A stretch of DNA of 64,000 nucleotides from a virus, in IMG/VR virus record IMGVR_UViG_3300043675_000007, positions 4,556 through 68,555 of that record; one strand, 5' to 3'. Below the pieces are notes generated by a model, which ran no database searches, was not told the DNA's origin, and saw nothing but the letters and a program-made list of their open reading frames with translations. Below, piece after piece: positions 1-9,455 of this stretch (the first letter of the stretch is position 1; each line of letters opens with the position of its first letter). A program made the translations under genes and the position numbers.

Positions 1-1442
1 GTGATCGCGGAGACGACCCCGGTGTAGGCGATGTCCTTCAAGGCATCGGCCAGCGTCGTGTTCTCGTGCACGATGCCGGTGTCGACCGCCTTCTGGATGG
101 CCGCCTGCACCACACCGCCCGCACCGTTCGCCACCATTGCGCCAGCGACGCGGCCGCCCGCGGTCTTGGCGACCGCCGCGCCCACCATGCGATCGAGCAT
201 GGCCTTTCCGACCGGGGACTTGGCGAGCACGGATGAGACCGGGACCGCGCCCACGGCATCGGAGAGTGCGTAGAAGAACCCGGCGGTGTTCGCGATTTTA
301 TCGGAGCTCGCCGCGAGGTCGTGGGCCTGCTGGCGAATGTCGCTCGTGATGGGATTCAATCCGCGCTTACCGCCGACCGGCGCGGCATCATCGAGGGCAT
401 CCGCTTTCTGGAGCAGGCGGTCGACCTGGTCATCAATCTTGTCCTTCACCTGCTCGCGCTGCGCGGGGGCAAAGAGTGCGACCGCGGTAGCGCCGCCGGC
501 GGCCACACCGACGCCAGGACCACCGACCGCTGTTCCACCGATCGTGGCACCGAAGACGGCGGCCATCTCAGGAATGGCGAGTGCGGTGTTGAAAGCGAGT
601 CCTTTCACCGTCCATGGGTCGAGCTTGCCGTTCAATAGGTCCGAAGGCTGCCAGACCTTCTCATCAGCCCACGCGGTGAGGCGCTTATCCTTGCCCTTCA
701 AGACATTGTCCTGCCCATCGAGCATGGTCTGGCGCGCTTCGGCCATGGCATCGCCCTGATTCTCGGCGGACATGCCGGCAATGAGTGTGTACTGGCTCGC
801 GAAGACTCGCGGATCCAATCCCAGGGAAATGGCGGTCTTCTTCACCAAGGGGTCTTTCGCCATCGCATCAAGACCTGCGGCCGGGTTTTGCGGGTCCACG
901 TTCAGGCGTGCAGCAACCTGGGGCAGCACATTCAAGGCGGCGGTCTGCATCTCGGCGCTTTGCACTTCGGAGGCGCCGCGCGTCTCCTGGTAGCCCGCTC
1001 CAATGCGCGAGAGCTGCGCCTTCAATACGTGCGGGTATGCCTTGGCGAGAGTTTCCCAATCGGGGCCCGCGGTCGCAGCGTCGAACTTATCTCCAACAGT
1101 TTCCGCGACGGACGGCACGATGCCGGTCGTGTACTGAGTGTCCGCATCGCCGGTGGAGGGCGCGTGACCGAAGAGCGTATCGCGCGTCGCCTCATAGAGT
1201 GAGCGCTCATGCGGCGGTGTCGGGGCCTTCTTCGGCGCGGCGATCGCATTCGCCGGTTTATCCGGGCCGACCGGCTTCCAGGCATTCGCCTTGAACTGCT
1301 CAATCGGCTGATCCTGCCCGACCGGCTGCCACCCTTCGATCGCATTGCCTTGAGGTGCAGCGGGTGCCGCCGGTGCAGGAGTCGGCTGCGCACCTTCTGC
1401 TGCGGGAGCATCAGGCGCCGCGGCTATCCATCCGCCGCCCAT
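1..1442 (-). CDS. N-terminal part of a giant virion/DNA-ejection protein (partial, runs off the left edge)
   Basis: ATG at 1442 lies immediately after the stop of 1444..2727. The frame reads MGGGWIAAAPDAPAAEG... with no stop to position 1 (translated by hand; absent from the ORF track because it has no stop). Ala/Gly-rich, typical of internal virion proteins. Confidence 0.8.
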   Translation of the reverse strand, partial: MGGGWIAAAPDAPAAEGAQPTPAPAAPAAPQGNAIEGWQPVGQDQPIEQFKANAWKPVGPDKPANAIAAPKKAPTPPHERSLYEATRDTLFGHAPSTGDADTQYTTGIVPSVAETVGDKFDAATAGPDWETLAKAYPHVLKAQLSRIGAGYQETRGASEVQSAEMQTAALNVLPQVAARLNVDPQNPAAGLDAMAKDPLVKKTAISLGLDPRVFASQYTLIAGMSAENQGDAMAEARQTMLDGQDNVLKGKDKRLTAWADEKVWQPSDLLNGKLDPWTVKGLAFNTALAIPEMAAVFGATIGGTAVGGPGVGVAAGGATAVALFAPAQREQVKDKIDDQVDRLLQKADALDDAAPVGGKRGLNPITSDIRQQAHDLAASSDKIANTAGFFYALSDAVGAVPVSSVLAKSPVGKAMLDRMVGAAVAKTAGGRVAGAMVANGAGGVVQAAIQKAVDTGIVHENTTLADALKDIAYTGVVSAI

Positions 1443-1443
1443 G

Positions 1444-2727
1444 CTATTGCAGCGTCGTCGGCGCGCCCGCTACGCGCGTGGGCTTACCGTCTATGCCGAC
1501 CGTCCATTGGCCCTTGGCGCCGAAGTCTCGGACCATGCCGGGCTTCAAGCCTGAGAGCGCGGTGGCCGGCGGGGGCTCGGACACCAGCGGAGCATTCTGC
1601 TTAGGGATGGCGTGCGCACCGTAGTTATCAAGCACGTACTGATCGGCGCCGCGCTTCGCTTTCTCGGGGTCCATGGTGGCCGTGAGCAGGGCCTTGTACA
1701 CGTCCTTGTGATCCCCCGCAGGATTTCCGCTCTTGGCCTTGAAGGCCACGTGCGCCGCGGTGTCCTCATCCACGCCCAGCACTTCGCTTAAGTACTTGTG
1801 GTTCCTGATCTGCGCCGTGTCGCCCTTGTCAATGCCACTCCCGGTGGTGCGCCCGAGCACCTTGCCCTTGTACGGTTTGCCGTCGATGCCCGTCACAGGC
1901 TCGGCGTGCGTCTTGCCGTCCTCATCGCGCACCATCTGCATGACCGTGCCGTCGGGCGCGGTCGAATAGGTGGCAGGCCCCAAGCTCGAGGCCTTGGTCG
2001 TGGTGACATCGTTCGCAGCTTTGAGTGCCTGGGCGTTGTTCCTCGTCTCCGCCGAGTAGTCCAGATTCTGCTTCGATTGCGCGGCCTGCGCCTGCGCCGG
2101 CGTACCGATACCTTTCTGCTCTTCCTGACGCCCGGATTCGATCGCATTCGCCGATTCGTCGTAGTCCTTTTGCTTCTTTGCAATCAGGTCCGCATGTGCC
2201 TTGTTGTTCGCATCGGTCTCATCCGAGAGCGTGCCCAAGGCCACCGCGCCCTGATTGGTCGACGCGCCGGCGGAGTTCTTCATCAGGTGAAGGCCGAAGG
2301 TCACGAGCGCGGCGAGCTTCTCGGTCTTGCTCTGCGGCTCATCGTCGGCCGGACGCGCGCCGATCTGCTTCTTTAGGTTGTCGTACTTATCATCGATGTC
2401 CCCGTGCTGCTTCTCCCACCAGTCCATGTAGTCGGTGCGAGATTTGGGCTTCATCGCGTTCAACAAGTCGAGCGCATTGTTCGCCTTGGCGAGCTTCTTC
2501 GGATCGTACTCGGGCGGCGTTGCAGGCCCAGTCTGAATGGTGCCCTTCTGCCCCGGCGCGCCCTGCTGGATGGCATTGGGCTGCTGTCCAGGCTGCGCAG
2601 GAGCAATCGGTGCGGGTGCCGTGGGGGTCGATCCTGGCGCACTGGGTGCGCCCTGGACGGGACCTAAGCTCGGGGTGGGCTGATCCTCGAAGGCGTCCGT
2701 GGGCGGTGCGATGCTGCCGGCTGCCAT
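1444..2727 (-). CDS. putative DNA ejection/internal virion protein
   Basis: 427 aa, Pro/Gln-rich N-terminus and helical body. Sits between the pilot-like gene and the giant gene. Confidence 0.65.
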   Translation of the reverse strand: MAAGSIAPPTDAFEDQPTPSLGPVQGAPSAPGSTPTAPAPIAPAQPGQQPNAIQQGAPGQKGTIQTGPATPPEYDPKKLAKANNALDLLNAMKPKSRTDYMDWWEKQHGDIDDKYDNLKKQIGARPADDEPQSKTEKLAALVTFGLHLMKNSAGASTNQGAVALGTLSDETDANNKAHADLIAKKQKDYDESANAIESGRQEEQKGIGTPAQAQAAQSKQNLDYSAETRNNAQALKAANDVTTTKASSLGPATYSTAPDGTVMQMVRDEDGKTHAEPVTGIDGKPYKGKVLGRTTGSGIDKGDTAQIRNHKYLSEVLGVDEDTAAHVAFKAKSGNPAGDHKDVYKALLTATMDPEKAKRGADQYVLDNYGAHAIPKQNAPLVSEPPPATALSGLKPGMVRDFGAKGQWTVGIDGKPTRVAGAPTTLQ

Positions 2728-2729
2728 GG

Positions 2730-3764
2730 CTAGCCTCCCAACGTAGAGGAAAGCCCGGAGATGCTGCTGGAATCAAACGATGGAGCGCTTGCACTGGTTG
2801 CTGCATCACTGACTGAGCCGCCGGAAGCGAAAGCGGCATCTGGCGAACTATTGCTGCTACTGGTACTGCCGCCACCGAAGAGGCCAGCGACCGTGGAGCC
2901 CAAGCCCATCAGCTGATTCGCCGTGTTGCTTTGTACGGGGGCGGTCTGCGCGGGGGATCCCTTCGCGGTGCCCACCGCACCGATCAAGCTTTGCAGCTGC
3001 TGCGCGCTCCAGCCCTGCTGGCGCATGAACTGACCGTACTGATTGGTGAGGTCCGTCTGGTTGATCGCCTGCGACACGCCGCCGGTTTTCATGAGATCGG
3101 AAATCTGCGCCGAGTTCATGTTGGTGAGGTCCTGACCTGCCGCCTCGTAGGCGTTCGAGGCATTCAATTTGGTCTGGTTGTCGGCCTGCCAGTTGGAAAA
3201 CGCCGTGTCGTAGGCTTTCGCGTTGCTGTCGGCGGTCAATGTCCCAATGTTCATCGCATTGGTGGAGGCCATGTTCGACTCAGCGATGGCATTGCGGCCC
3301 CCGCCAAAGGCGCTCGAGCCCGCGGCATTCTCTTTCAATCCCGCGAGTGAGGTGAGATAGCTCTTGTTCTGATTGGCGATCGCATTGTCCGTCACCTGCT
3401 GGGTGTACGGATTCATGTAGGTTTGCGCGGTCTGCGCATTCCACGGGTTATTGGCGACTGCATCGATCTGACCGGTGGCCTTGGCGTTATCCGCCTGCGC
3501 CTGGCCGGCGTTCGCGACATTCGAAGCCTGGCTGTAGCCCTGCTGCTCGTTGCCCGACATGGGCGCGGTCAAGGTGCCGGTGTATGGGGTAAACGGCGTA
3601 TTGGCGATCGTCGAGGCGTCATTGAGCATCGTGCCCTGCGCGGCACCGATCTGCGCCGAGGTGGCGTTATTCGCCTTCGCCGTGCCCGCCGCGGCATTGT
3701 TCGACATGATCGACTCGCCCGCGCCGACCACCGCGACCCCCGCCGATACCCATCCTGCTGGCAT
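2730..3764 (-). CDS. putative DNA pilot/ejection protein
   Basis: 344 aa Ala/Gln/Asn/Ser-rich, with YMNPY and AFGGGR motifs typical of podovirus ejection proteins. Gene order fits. Confidence 0.7.
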   Translation of the reverse strand: MPAGWVSAGVAVVGAGESIMSNNAAAGTAKANNATSAQIGAAQGTMLNDASTIANTPFTPYTGTLTAPMSGNEQQGYSQASNVANAGQAQADNAKATGQIDAVANNPWNAQTAQTYMNPYTQQVTDNAIANQNKSYLTSLAGLKENAAGSSAFGGGRNAIAESNMASTNAMNIGTLTADSNAKAYDTAFSNWQADNQTKLNASNAYEAAGQDLTNMNSAQISDLMKTGGVSQAINQTDLTNQYGQFMRQQGWSAQQLQSLIGAVGTAKGSPAQTAPVQSNTANQLMGLGSTVAGLFGGGSTSSSNSSPDAAFASGGSVSDAATSASAPSFDSSSISGLSSTLGG

Positions 3765-4441
3765 TAGTCACCGCTCCATTGGTAGTTCAGACAGACGGTG
3801 CTTTCCAGTTTCAAACAGATGATGAGCGTGATGCGCTCTTCGTCCGTCGGGTTCTCCACCCAGTGGGGTTTGGAATTATCGAAGGCGTATAGGTCCCCGG
3901 CCTTCGTCTCGAGTTTCATCGAGTCGTAGCAGAACTTCTGCCCCTCCGCGGCTTTCAGCTGCACGGCGAACTTCAGGTAGTGCTCGGCATGCCAGCCCTT
4001 ATCCACATGCCGGCCGACTTTGGTGTGCGGCGGGATGCGCGTGATGAGCACCATCCCTAGCCGCGTGGCGTAGAACCAGCGCATGAGGTCGAAGACCAGC
4101 GGTTGGATGGCGGGAAGTTTCTGATACGCACCCCACCAGACCGATTCGTGCTCTTCGTTGAAGTCCTGGCGGCTGCCGTTCCAATTCTTCCAATCGTTGA
4201 AGCGCACGATGATGTCATCGATGCGCTGATGAGGACTGCCGGCGTAGGCCCCGCCGGTGCGGAACACATTCTCATTCCAGAGCTCCGGATGCGCCGCAAG
4301 CTCATCGAGCAACGGCTGCACCAGCACACCTCTGTGCAATAGTCGCACAGGCTCGAGCGGCGGCGGGGCGGCGGGCACCAACTTGAGCGCAGGCTTGCCC
4401 TTGCGCTTCGTCCTGGTCTTTGGTTTGACGACTGCGTTCAC
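3764..4441 (-). CDS. aspartyl/asparaginyl beta-hydroxylase-like 2OG-Fe(II) oxygenase
   Basis: HVD...FDNSKPHWVEN...RITLIICL gives the HxD...H...R set. The GTG start overlaps the upstream stop (GTGA). Confidence 0.8.
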   Translation of the reverse strand: MNAVVKPKTRTKRKGKPALKLVPAAPPPLEPVRLLHRGVLVQPLLDELAAHPELWNENVFRTGGAYAGSPHQRIDDIIVRFNDWKNWNGSRQDFNEEHESVWWGAYQKLPAIQPLVFDLMRWFYATRLGMVLITRIPPHTKVGRHVDKGWHAEHYLKFAVQLKAAEGQKFCYDSMKLETKAGDLYAFDNSKPHWVENPTDEERITLIICLKLESTVCLNYQWSGD

Positions 4442-4953
4442 AAAAAAGCCCTCTGTACTCGCTCGCGGAAGTCTCGAGCGCGGTCTCGTGAGACAGCGAC
4501 CCGGGTAAATTCGGGGTCGATGTGCATGCGGCACAGGTGCGCATGGCGCACGCGATCATGCAGGCGGTGGGTCAGGTGCTCCCAGATGGGGGCGGCCAGC
4601 ACCGTGTTGAAGAGGTGCGGGAAAGGCACGTGCATGCCATGGATCTTCTCGAGCGCGCCATCCCAGAGGCTGGACAATTTGGACAAGCCCACGCCCTCGA
4701 GGGAGCGGTTGATCTGCTCGATGGGGCGATGGACGATGATCTTGCGGGCCGGGTGGGCATTGACGAAATCGGGGAACAGGGCGAGACCTGTGCAGGAGAC
4801 CCCGAGCGTGCGATCAGAATCGATGCAGTCCAAGTCTTCGGGGGCGAACTCGAGGATGGGGTCGTGCAGGCAAAGCGTGTCTGCCGTAGTGAGCCAGTTC
4901 GACATCCACGTGCTGCCCGAGCGCGGCGCAGACAACACCATGAATTCGATCAT
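4438..4953 (-). CDS. sulfotransferase-family (P-loop) protein
   Basis: FMVLSAPRSGSTW resembles the PAPS 5'-phosphosulfate-binding loop. LHDP and IIVHRP..(R)S resemble the 3'-phosphate-binding motif. Confidence 0.7.
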   Translation of the reverse strand: MIEFMVLSAPRSGSTWMSNWLTTADTLCLHDPILEFAPEDLDCIDSDRTLGVSCTGLALFPDFVNAHPARKIIVHRPIEQINRSLEGVGLSKLSSLWDGALEKIHGMHVPFPHLFNTVLAAPIWEHLTHRLHDRVRHAHLCRMHIDPEFTRVAVSRDRARDFRERVQRAFL

Positions 4954-5007
4954 GCACTGACCCCTTTGACATCGCACCGTAAGAACGGCGCGGGAAGGGG
5001 TTCGATA

Positions 5008-5457
5008 CTAGGGCGGGGCGGGCGCGCTTAACATGCCAGGGACTGGCAAGCTATAGGGGTTTTCGTGCGCGTCCAAGTGTGTCCAGGTAATCCCGACGAC
5101 GAGCGGCATCCACATCTTGCCGGCATTCGCCTTCAAAGTGGCGAGATCTTCGGTGCTGAAATTGGCCGAGCCGCCGGCGGGCACTGCGTTGATCTTCATG
5201 GCCAACTGGTAGGCCTTGAATTTGTCTTTCGCTTCCGGGTTGTGCCCCTGTTCGACGAAGAGAGCGGAGCGGATGAGGACGCTTCGAAGCGTAAATCCTT
5301 CCGGGTCCTCTTTGTCGGTGATGGGTTGCCCTTTCAGGTCCACGAACGGCACATCGAGAAGGATTTTCATAGGGGCTGGGACTGTACCCGCGCGCTTGCT
5401 GGGTTTCAAGGCATCGTCGCTTAAGACACGCAGGATGCTGCGCTTAAGGTCCAGCAT
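5008..5457 (-). CDS. putative tail fibre assembly chaperone
   Basis: Small helical protein directly downstream of a tail fibre gene. Start may instead be 5370 (MKILLDVPF). Confidence 0.45.
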   Translation of the reverse strand: MLDLKRSILRVLSDDALKPSKRAGTVPAPMKILLDVPFVDLKGQPITDKEDPEGFTLRSVLIRSALFVEQGHNPEAKDKFKAYQLAMKINAVPAGGSANFSTEDLATLKANAGKMWMPLVVGITWTHLDAHENPYSLPVPGMLSAPAPP

Positions 5458-5459
5458 CG

Positions 5460-7316
5460 TTATACCGCCCATTTGGCGAAGAGGTAATTCTCAACGTTGG
5501 TAATCTCGGTGCCTGAGAGCACGCGCTGGTACATGATGATTTCAGCGATGGAATGCGCTAACAAGATACCGCCGCTGATGGTCTGATCGGCACCAATCCA
5601 GGTGAGCGGCGTGGTGCCGGCGCCGGTCGCTCCCGTGCCGCTGCCGGCGGCCGTGCGGGCTTGGCGGAAGGCGAAATTCCCGGAGGCACCGGCGTATGTC
5701 GCATTTGCTTGAAAGGCGACCCCGTTGGTCCATGTCGCGGTGGATGAGCCGATCACTGCGGTACCAGTTTTGGTGAGCCCTACCTTAGCGACGCTCGCCG
5801 CGCTGTTCATATAGAAGGCAAGGCCGCCATTGCCATTTGACCCAATGATGGCCATGGCCGAGGCGGTCACCGCCGTATTCGGCCGCACTACCACGAAGAA
5901 AGTCACGTTGCCTGCCGTCAGATTGATTGGGTCCTTGATGACCGGAATCGCAGGACTGACAGCTGCAATCTTTATGATGTTGAGGCCATTAAGCGGCGTC
6001 GCATCGATCGTTGACATACCCGTTACGCTTGTCGCATTCGAGGCGAGCACGCCGGTTATCCATGGGGTTGATTGCTGGAAGAGCTGAACGATGGCGCCTG
6101 AGCTGCCCAATATGTTGCTCGAAGTCCACCAGAGCACCAGATCCGCAATGGTGCCCGGGACGGCTGCGCTGGCCCCGGAGATCGTGAGTGTTGCGTTGGG
6201 CGTTGAACCACCGACTACCGCCCCAGTCACCGTCAGCGATGTTGTACCGGCAACAGTGTGAGTGCCATCGGTGACGGTGAGGGAACTACCGGCAGATCCT
6301 GCATTGATCACCAACTGGCCGGCTGGGTTGGTCGTGAAGTTGACCGCGGTTCCGGGCGCGAGACTCGCGGCAGTCAGGACGTTATCGCCATTCCACGTGA
6401 AGGAGTTGGACGACACATTCACCGCATCGGCGATTTCGCCGATCCTGGTTACGCACAGCCAGTTCTCCCCGTCCGCGCCATCATCCGACACGGTGGAGAA
6501 GATCAGCTGCCCGGGTTCGGCGTGCATGCGCCAAGTGCCCTCGTCTGGGGTGTCATCGGTATTGCGGATGCGCCACTCAGGTTCGGCACCCGACTGCTCG
6601 AAGTTGCCGGCAAGCGTGATATCGGCGTTCGAAACGATTCCTGCGGCGAAGGTTTGCAGCAGTGGCCAGGTGTTGGCCGCCGCGAGCATCACGTACTGCG
6701 GATGATCATTCGCAACAATGGCGGGGTTCGCCACCGTGAAATGCAGGCCCTCAAGTTTGCTGTGGTCTAACTGCGTCGCATCGACCGCGATCGCGCCGCC
6801 CGAGAGTTTGATGCCACCACCAGCGGCCGGTATTGCCCAGGCGAAGGCATGGCCCGCCTCATTCCACATGACAAGTGCATTCTGGCCGGGGTCAGATAGT
6901 CCTAAGCCGGCATTCGGGTCCGGCATGGCCGTCCAGAAACCGGTGTGGAACATGATGACATCGCCCTCGACGGGAGCGGCAAAGCTCGCAGGATTGGTCT
7001 GCGCTATCTCGCCAAACTGAAGCTGCCCGAAGGCAGCGTTATTATCCGATACCGCTATGAGCACTTGGCCGGCCAAGAGCCCTGGACCTACCGAGACTTG
7101 CGGGCCTAGCCCACCGGTGGTAGCGATCAGGACCGGCGCGGTGACATTGCCACCTTTGCCGCCGGCCATCTGCAGCTCCGCGATGGCAACATTCGCCTGG
7201 TTGACCGCGCTGATCGTTTGCTGGAGCGATTGGACAAGCTGATTGCCCTTCGCCATTTCCCAGTTCTGTTGGAACTGGATATCGAGGCTTCCAACGCGCG
7301 TGACTTTGGAGGCCAT
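5460..7316 (-). CDS. tail fibre/receptor-binding protein with C-terminal ConA/LamG-like domain
   Basis: 618 aa. The C-terminus IAEIIMYQRVLSGTEITNVENYLFAKW is typical of LamG-like phage fibre tips. Confidence 0.7.
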   Translation of the reverse strand: MASKVTRVGSLDIQFQQNWEMAKGNQLVQSLQQTISAVNQANVAIAELQMAGGKGGNVTAPVLIATTGGLGPQVSVGPGLLAGQVLIAVSDNNAAFGQLQFGEIAQTNPASFAAPVEGDVIMFHTGFWTAMPDPNAGLGLSDPGQNALVMWNEAGHAFAWAIPAAGGGIKLSGGAIAVDATQLDHSKLEGLHFTVANPAIVANDHPQYVMLAAANTWPLLQTFAAGIVSNADITLAGNFEQSGAEPEWRIRNTDDTPDEGTWRMHAEPGQLIFSTVSDDGADGENWLCVTRIGEIADAVNVSSNSFTWNGDNVLTAASLAPGTAVNFTTNPAGQLVINAGSAGSSLTVTDGTHTVAGTTSLTVTGAVVGGSTPNATLTISGASAAVPGTIADLVLWWTSSNILGSSGAIVQLFQQSTPWITGVLASNATSVTGMSTIDATPLNGLNIIKIAAVSPAIPVIKDPINLTAGNVTFFVVVRPNTAVTASAMAIIGSNGNGGLAFYMNSAASVAKVGLTKTGTAVIGSSTATWTNGVAFQANATYAGASGNFAFRQARTAAGSGTGATGAGTTPLTWIGADQTISGGILLAHSIAEIIMYQRVLSGTEITNVENYLFAKWAV

Positions 7317-7319
7317 CGG

Positions 7320-9455
7320 CTATCTCTTCGCGTAGGGCGTCGCCAACCCCTGCCAGATACCCATCCTAAAGCTACACCCGGGCGAGGGCGCGCCGGCATT
7401 GGTGAAGTTATCGAAGCGAATCACGATCTGCGAGCCGTGGGCATCGATGTCGACCTGGCCGGTCGCGAAAGTAAATGGCACGGGGCCCGCGACCACATAG
7501 GAGGCATCCTGCGGGCGGTCTTTCGTTTTCAAGTAGATATTCATCGTGCCGGTGAAGTAAGCCCAGTCGGGCAGCATCGAGAGCACGCGCAGGTGGCTGT
7601 CCGAGCCGCCGATAGCAAAGCGCGCATCCGAGCCGCCCATGGTGTATTCGCTTTTCGCCCCGCCCGTGGTGATGTCCAATGACTCCATGAAGAAGGGGAT
7701 GGCGCTCGTGCCGGCGAGCTCCACCGCATCCTTGCCCACTTCATGCTGATACAGAAACCCCGCATTCACCCCATAGGGCTTCAATCCCATCGCCGGTGCC
7801 ATGCCCTTGGCGCAGGTGCGATTCCACGCGCCGTAGTACCAGACCCCGTCCTCCCAGTTGTAGGAGACGTACCGATCATTGCCGATGAAGGTCGCGGCCG
7901 CGCTGACAGCGCCAACCATGGGGAGTGACCAGGTTGCACTCGTCGCCCCCGCGGTCAATTGCACCGGACGGCTCTCCTGATCGGAGAACTGCAAGTCATA
8001 GAGGCCGGTGGCGCCACCCCACGGCGCATTAAGCGTGGCCGACACCGCTCCTTGCGCAATGCCGGCGGTAAAGGCCACGGTGAAGGCACCGCCGATGGAC
8101 TGGTAGAGCCAGGTGATTTCGGTCTTCGGCTCGAAGGTGTAGCAGACCACACCTTCGGCCTGCGCGCGATTTAAGCTAAAGGGATTGTTTGGATCAAAGA
8201 CCGTCGGCCACACATCGCAGGCGAGTAGGTTCAAGGTACCCGAGTAATTGTAGAAGTTGTCAAACCCCATGCAGTAGGCGACCCCATCGACGTCCTCCGC
8301 CGCATTGGGGCCAACAATCGCCATCTGGCCGGCCGGGACAAAGTCATAGATGTCCGTGCCACCAACGAAGACCATGCGGTACAGCGTGGTGTCGGTCCAA
8401 ATGAGGTTCTGCCCCTTGGTCTTGCACCCCGTAACGATCCTCGAGCCGGCCGTGAGCTGGTAGTCGCCGGCGGTATTCACCGCAGTGGGAAACCAATCGG
8501 TGATGTCATCAAGTGAGCACCAGCGCACGAGCATTGCATCGAAGTTCGAAGTCACATCGGTGCATCCCAATGCGATGACCACGCGCTGCGCGGCATCGAC
8601 GATTACTCGCTGTACCCCCTGCGGCGCATTGATGATGATCTGCGCGCGGGTATTCGGACCTGACACACGCTCCCAGATGTAAATCTCGCCGTCGGACTCC
8701 GAGGCGATCAAATCCTGTCCAAAGTTATCGAGTGACCAATTGCGCATGCGCGCAAAGACCCCGGTGCCGGCCGCGCGTGGCGTGCCATAGGTCCCGGTCC
8801 CATAGGTGCCGGTGCCATAGCCGAGCAATTGCCCGTTCGCGCCCAAGCCTGTGTAAATCTCATAGGCGATGGAGAAGTTGCCCCCGCCGGTGGCTCCGCT
8901 TGTCGCGGCGGACGCGGCGGTGATGTTGTAGGTATTCGGGTCGAGCACCGTCACCTCAAAACTGCCCGACAGCGTCAGGCCGCCGACGGCCGTGGCACCT
9001 GAGAGGTCGACGAAGTCCCCAGTATTTGCTTTGTGCCCCACATCGGTGATGAGCACGATCTTCGAGGCGTTCGTGGTCGTGATCGCATTCGTGACGTTCG
9101 AAGTCGCGCGAATCGGGGTGATGTCGTACAGCACCCCGTTGTTGACCACATAGAGTTTTAAGTGCGTGCCGATCGCTATCCAGAATTGCCCGTCGATCGA
9201 GGCCCAGTCCTTCAATCCTCGAGCGATGCCGGCATAGGTGGCTGCTGCGCCTGCGGCAGGGTCAACGAGGGCCTGGAATTGCCAGCCGCCTTGCATCTCG
9301 GCCAACAGCTTATGCCAGCGGACCCAGGTTGAATCCTTCCAGCGGTCCCAGTTCATATAGTTGAGGCGCGTCTTCGCCCCGCGGCCCGTGGTGTTGGTGA
9401 GCACACCAGGGCCTAAGGGAATGGAGACGTACTGCGCTTTGCGCGGGCCTGCCAT
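7320..9455 (-). CDS. tail tubular/packaged-DNA stabilisation protein (P22 gp10/T7 gp12-like), with inserted beta modules
   Basis: 711 aa beta-rich. Motifs WSLDNFGQDLIA, LVRWCS, LIWTDT and YNWEDGVWYYG resemble podovirus nozzle proteins. Confidence 0.7.
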   Translation of the reverse strand: MAGPRKAQYVSIPLGPGVLTNTTGRGAKTRLNYMNWDRWKDSTWVRWHKLLAEMQGGWQFQALVDPAAGAAATYAGIARGLKDWASIDGQFWIAIGTHLKLYVVNNGVLYDITPIRATSNVTNAITTTNASKIVLITDVGHKANTGDFVDLSGATAVGGLTLSGSFEVTVLDPNTYNITAASAATSGATGGGNFSIAYEIYTGLGANGQLLGYGTGTYGTGTYGTPRAAGTGVFARMRNWSLDNFGQDLIASESDGEIYIWERVSGPNTRAQIIINAPQGVQRVIVDAAQRVVIALGCTDVTSNFDAMLVRWCSLDDITDWFPTAVNTAGDYQLTAGSRIVTGCKTKGQNLIWTDTTLYRMVFVGGTDIYDFVPAGQMAIVGPNAAEDVDGVAYCMGFDNFYNYSGTLNLLACDVWPTVFDPNNPFSLNRAQAEGVVCYTFEPKTEITWLYQSIGGAFTVAFTAGIAQGAVSATLNAPWGGATGLYDLQFSDQESRPVQLTAGATSATWSLPMVGAVSAAATFIGNDRYVSYNWEDGVWYYGAWNRTCAKGMAPAMGLKPYGVNAGFLYQHEVGKDAVELAGTSAIPFFMESLDITTGGAKSEYTMGGSDARFAIGGSDSHLRVLSMLPDWAYFTGTMNIYLKTKDRPQDASYVVAGPVPFTFATGQVDIDAHGSQIVIRFDNFTNAGAPSPGCSFRMGIWQGLATPYAKR

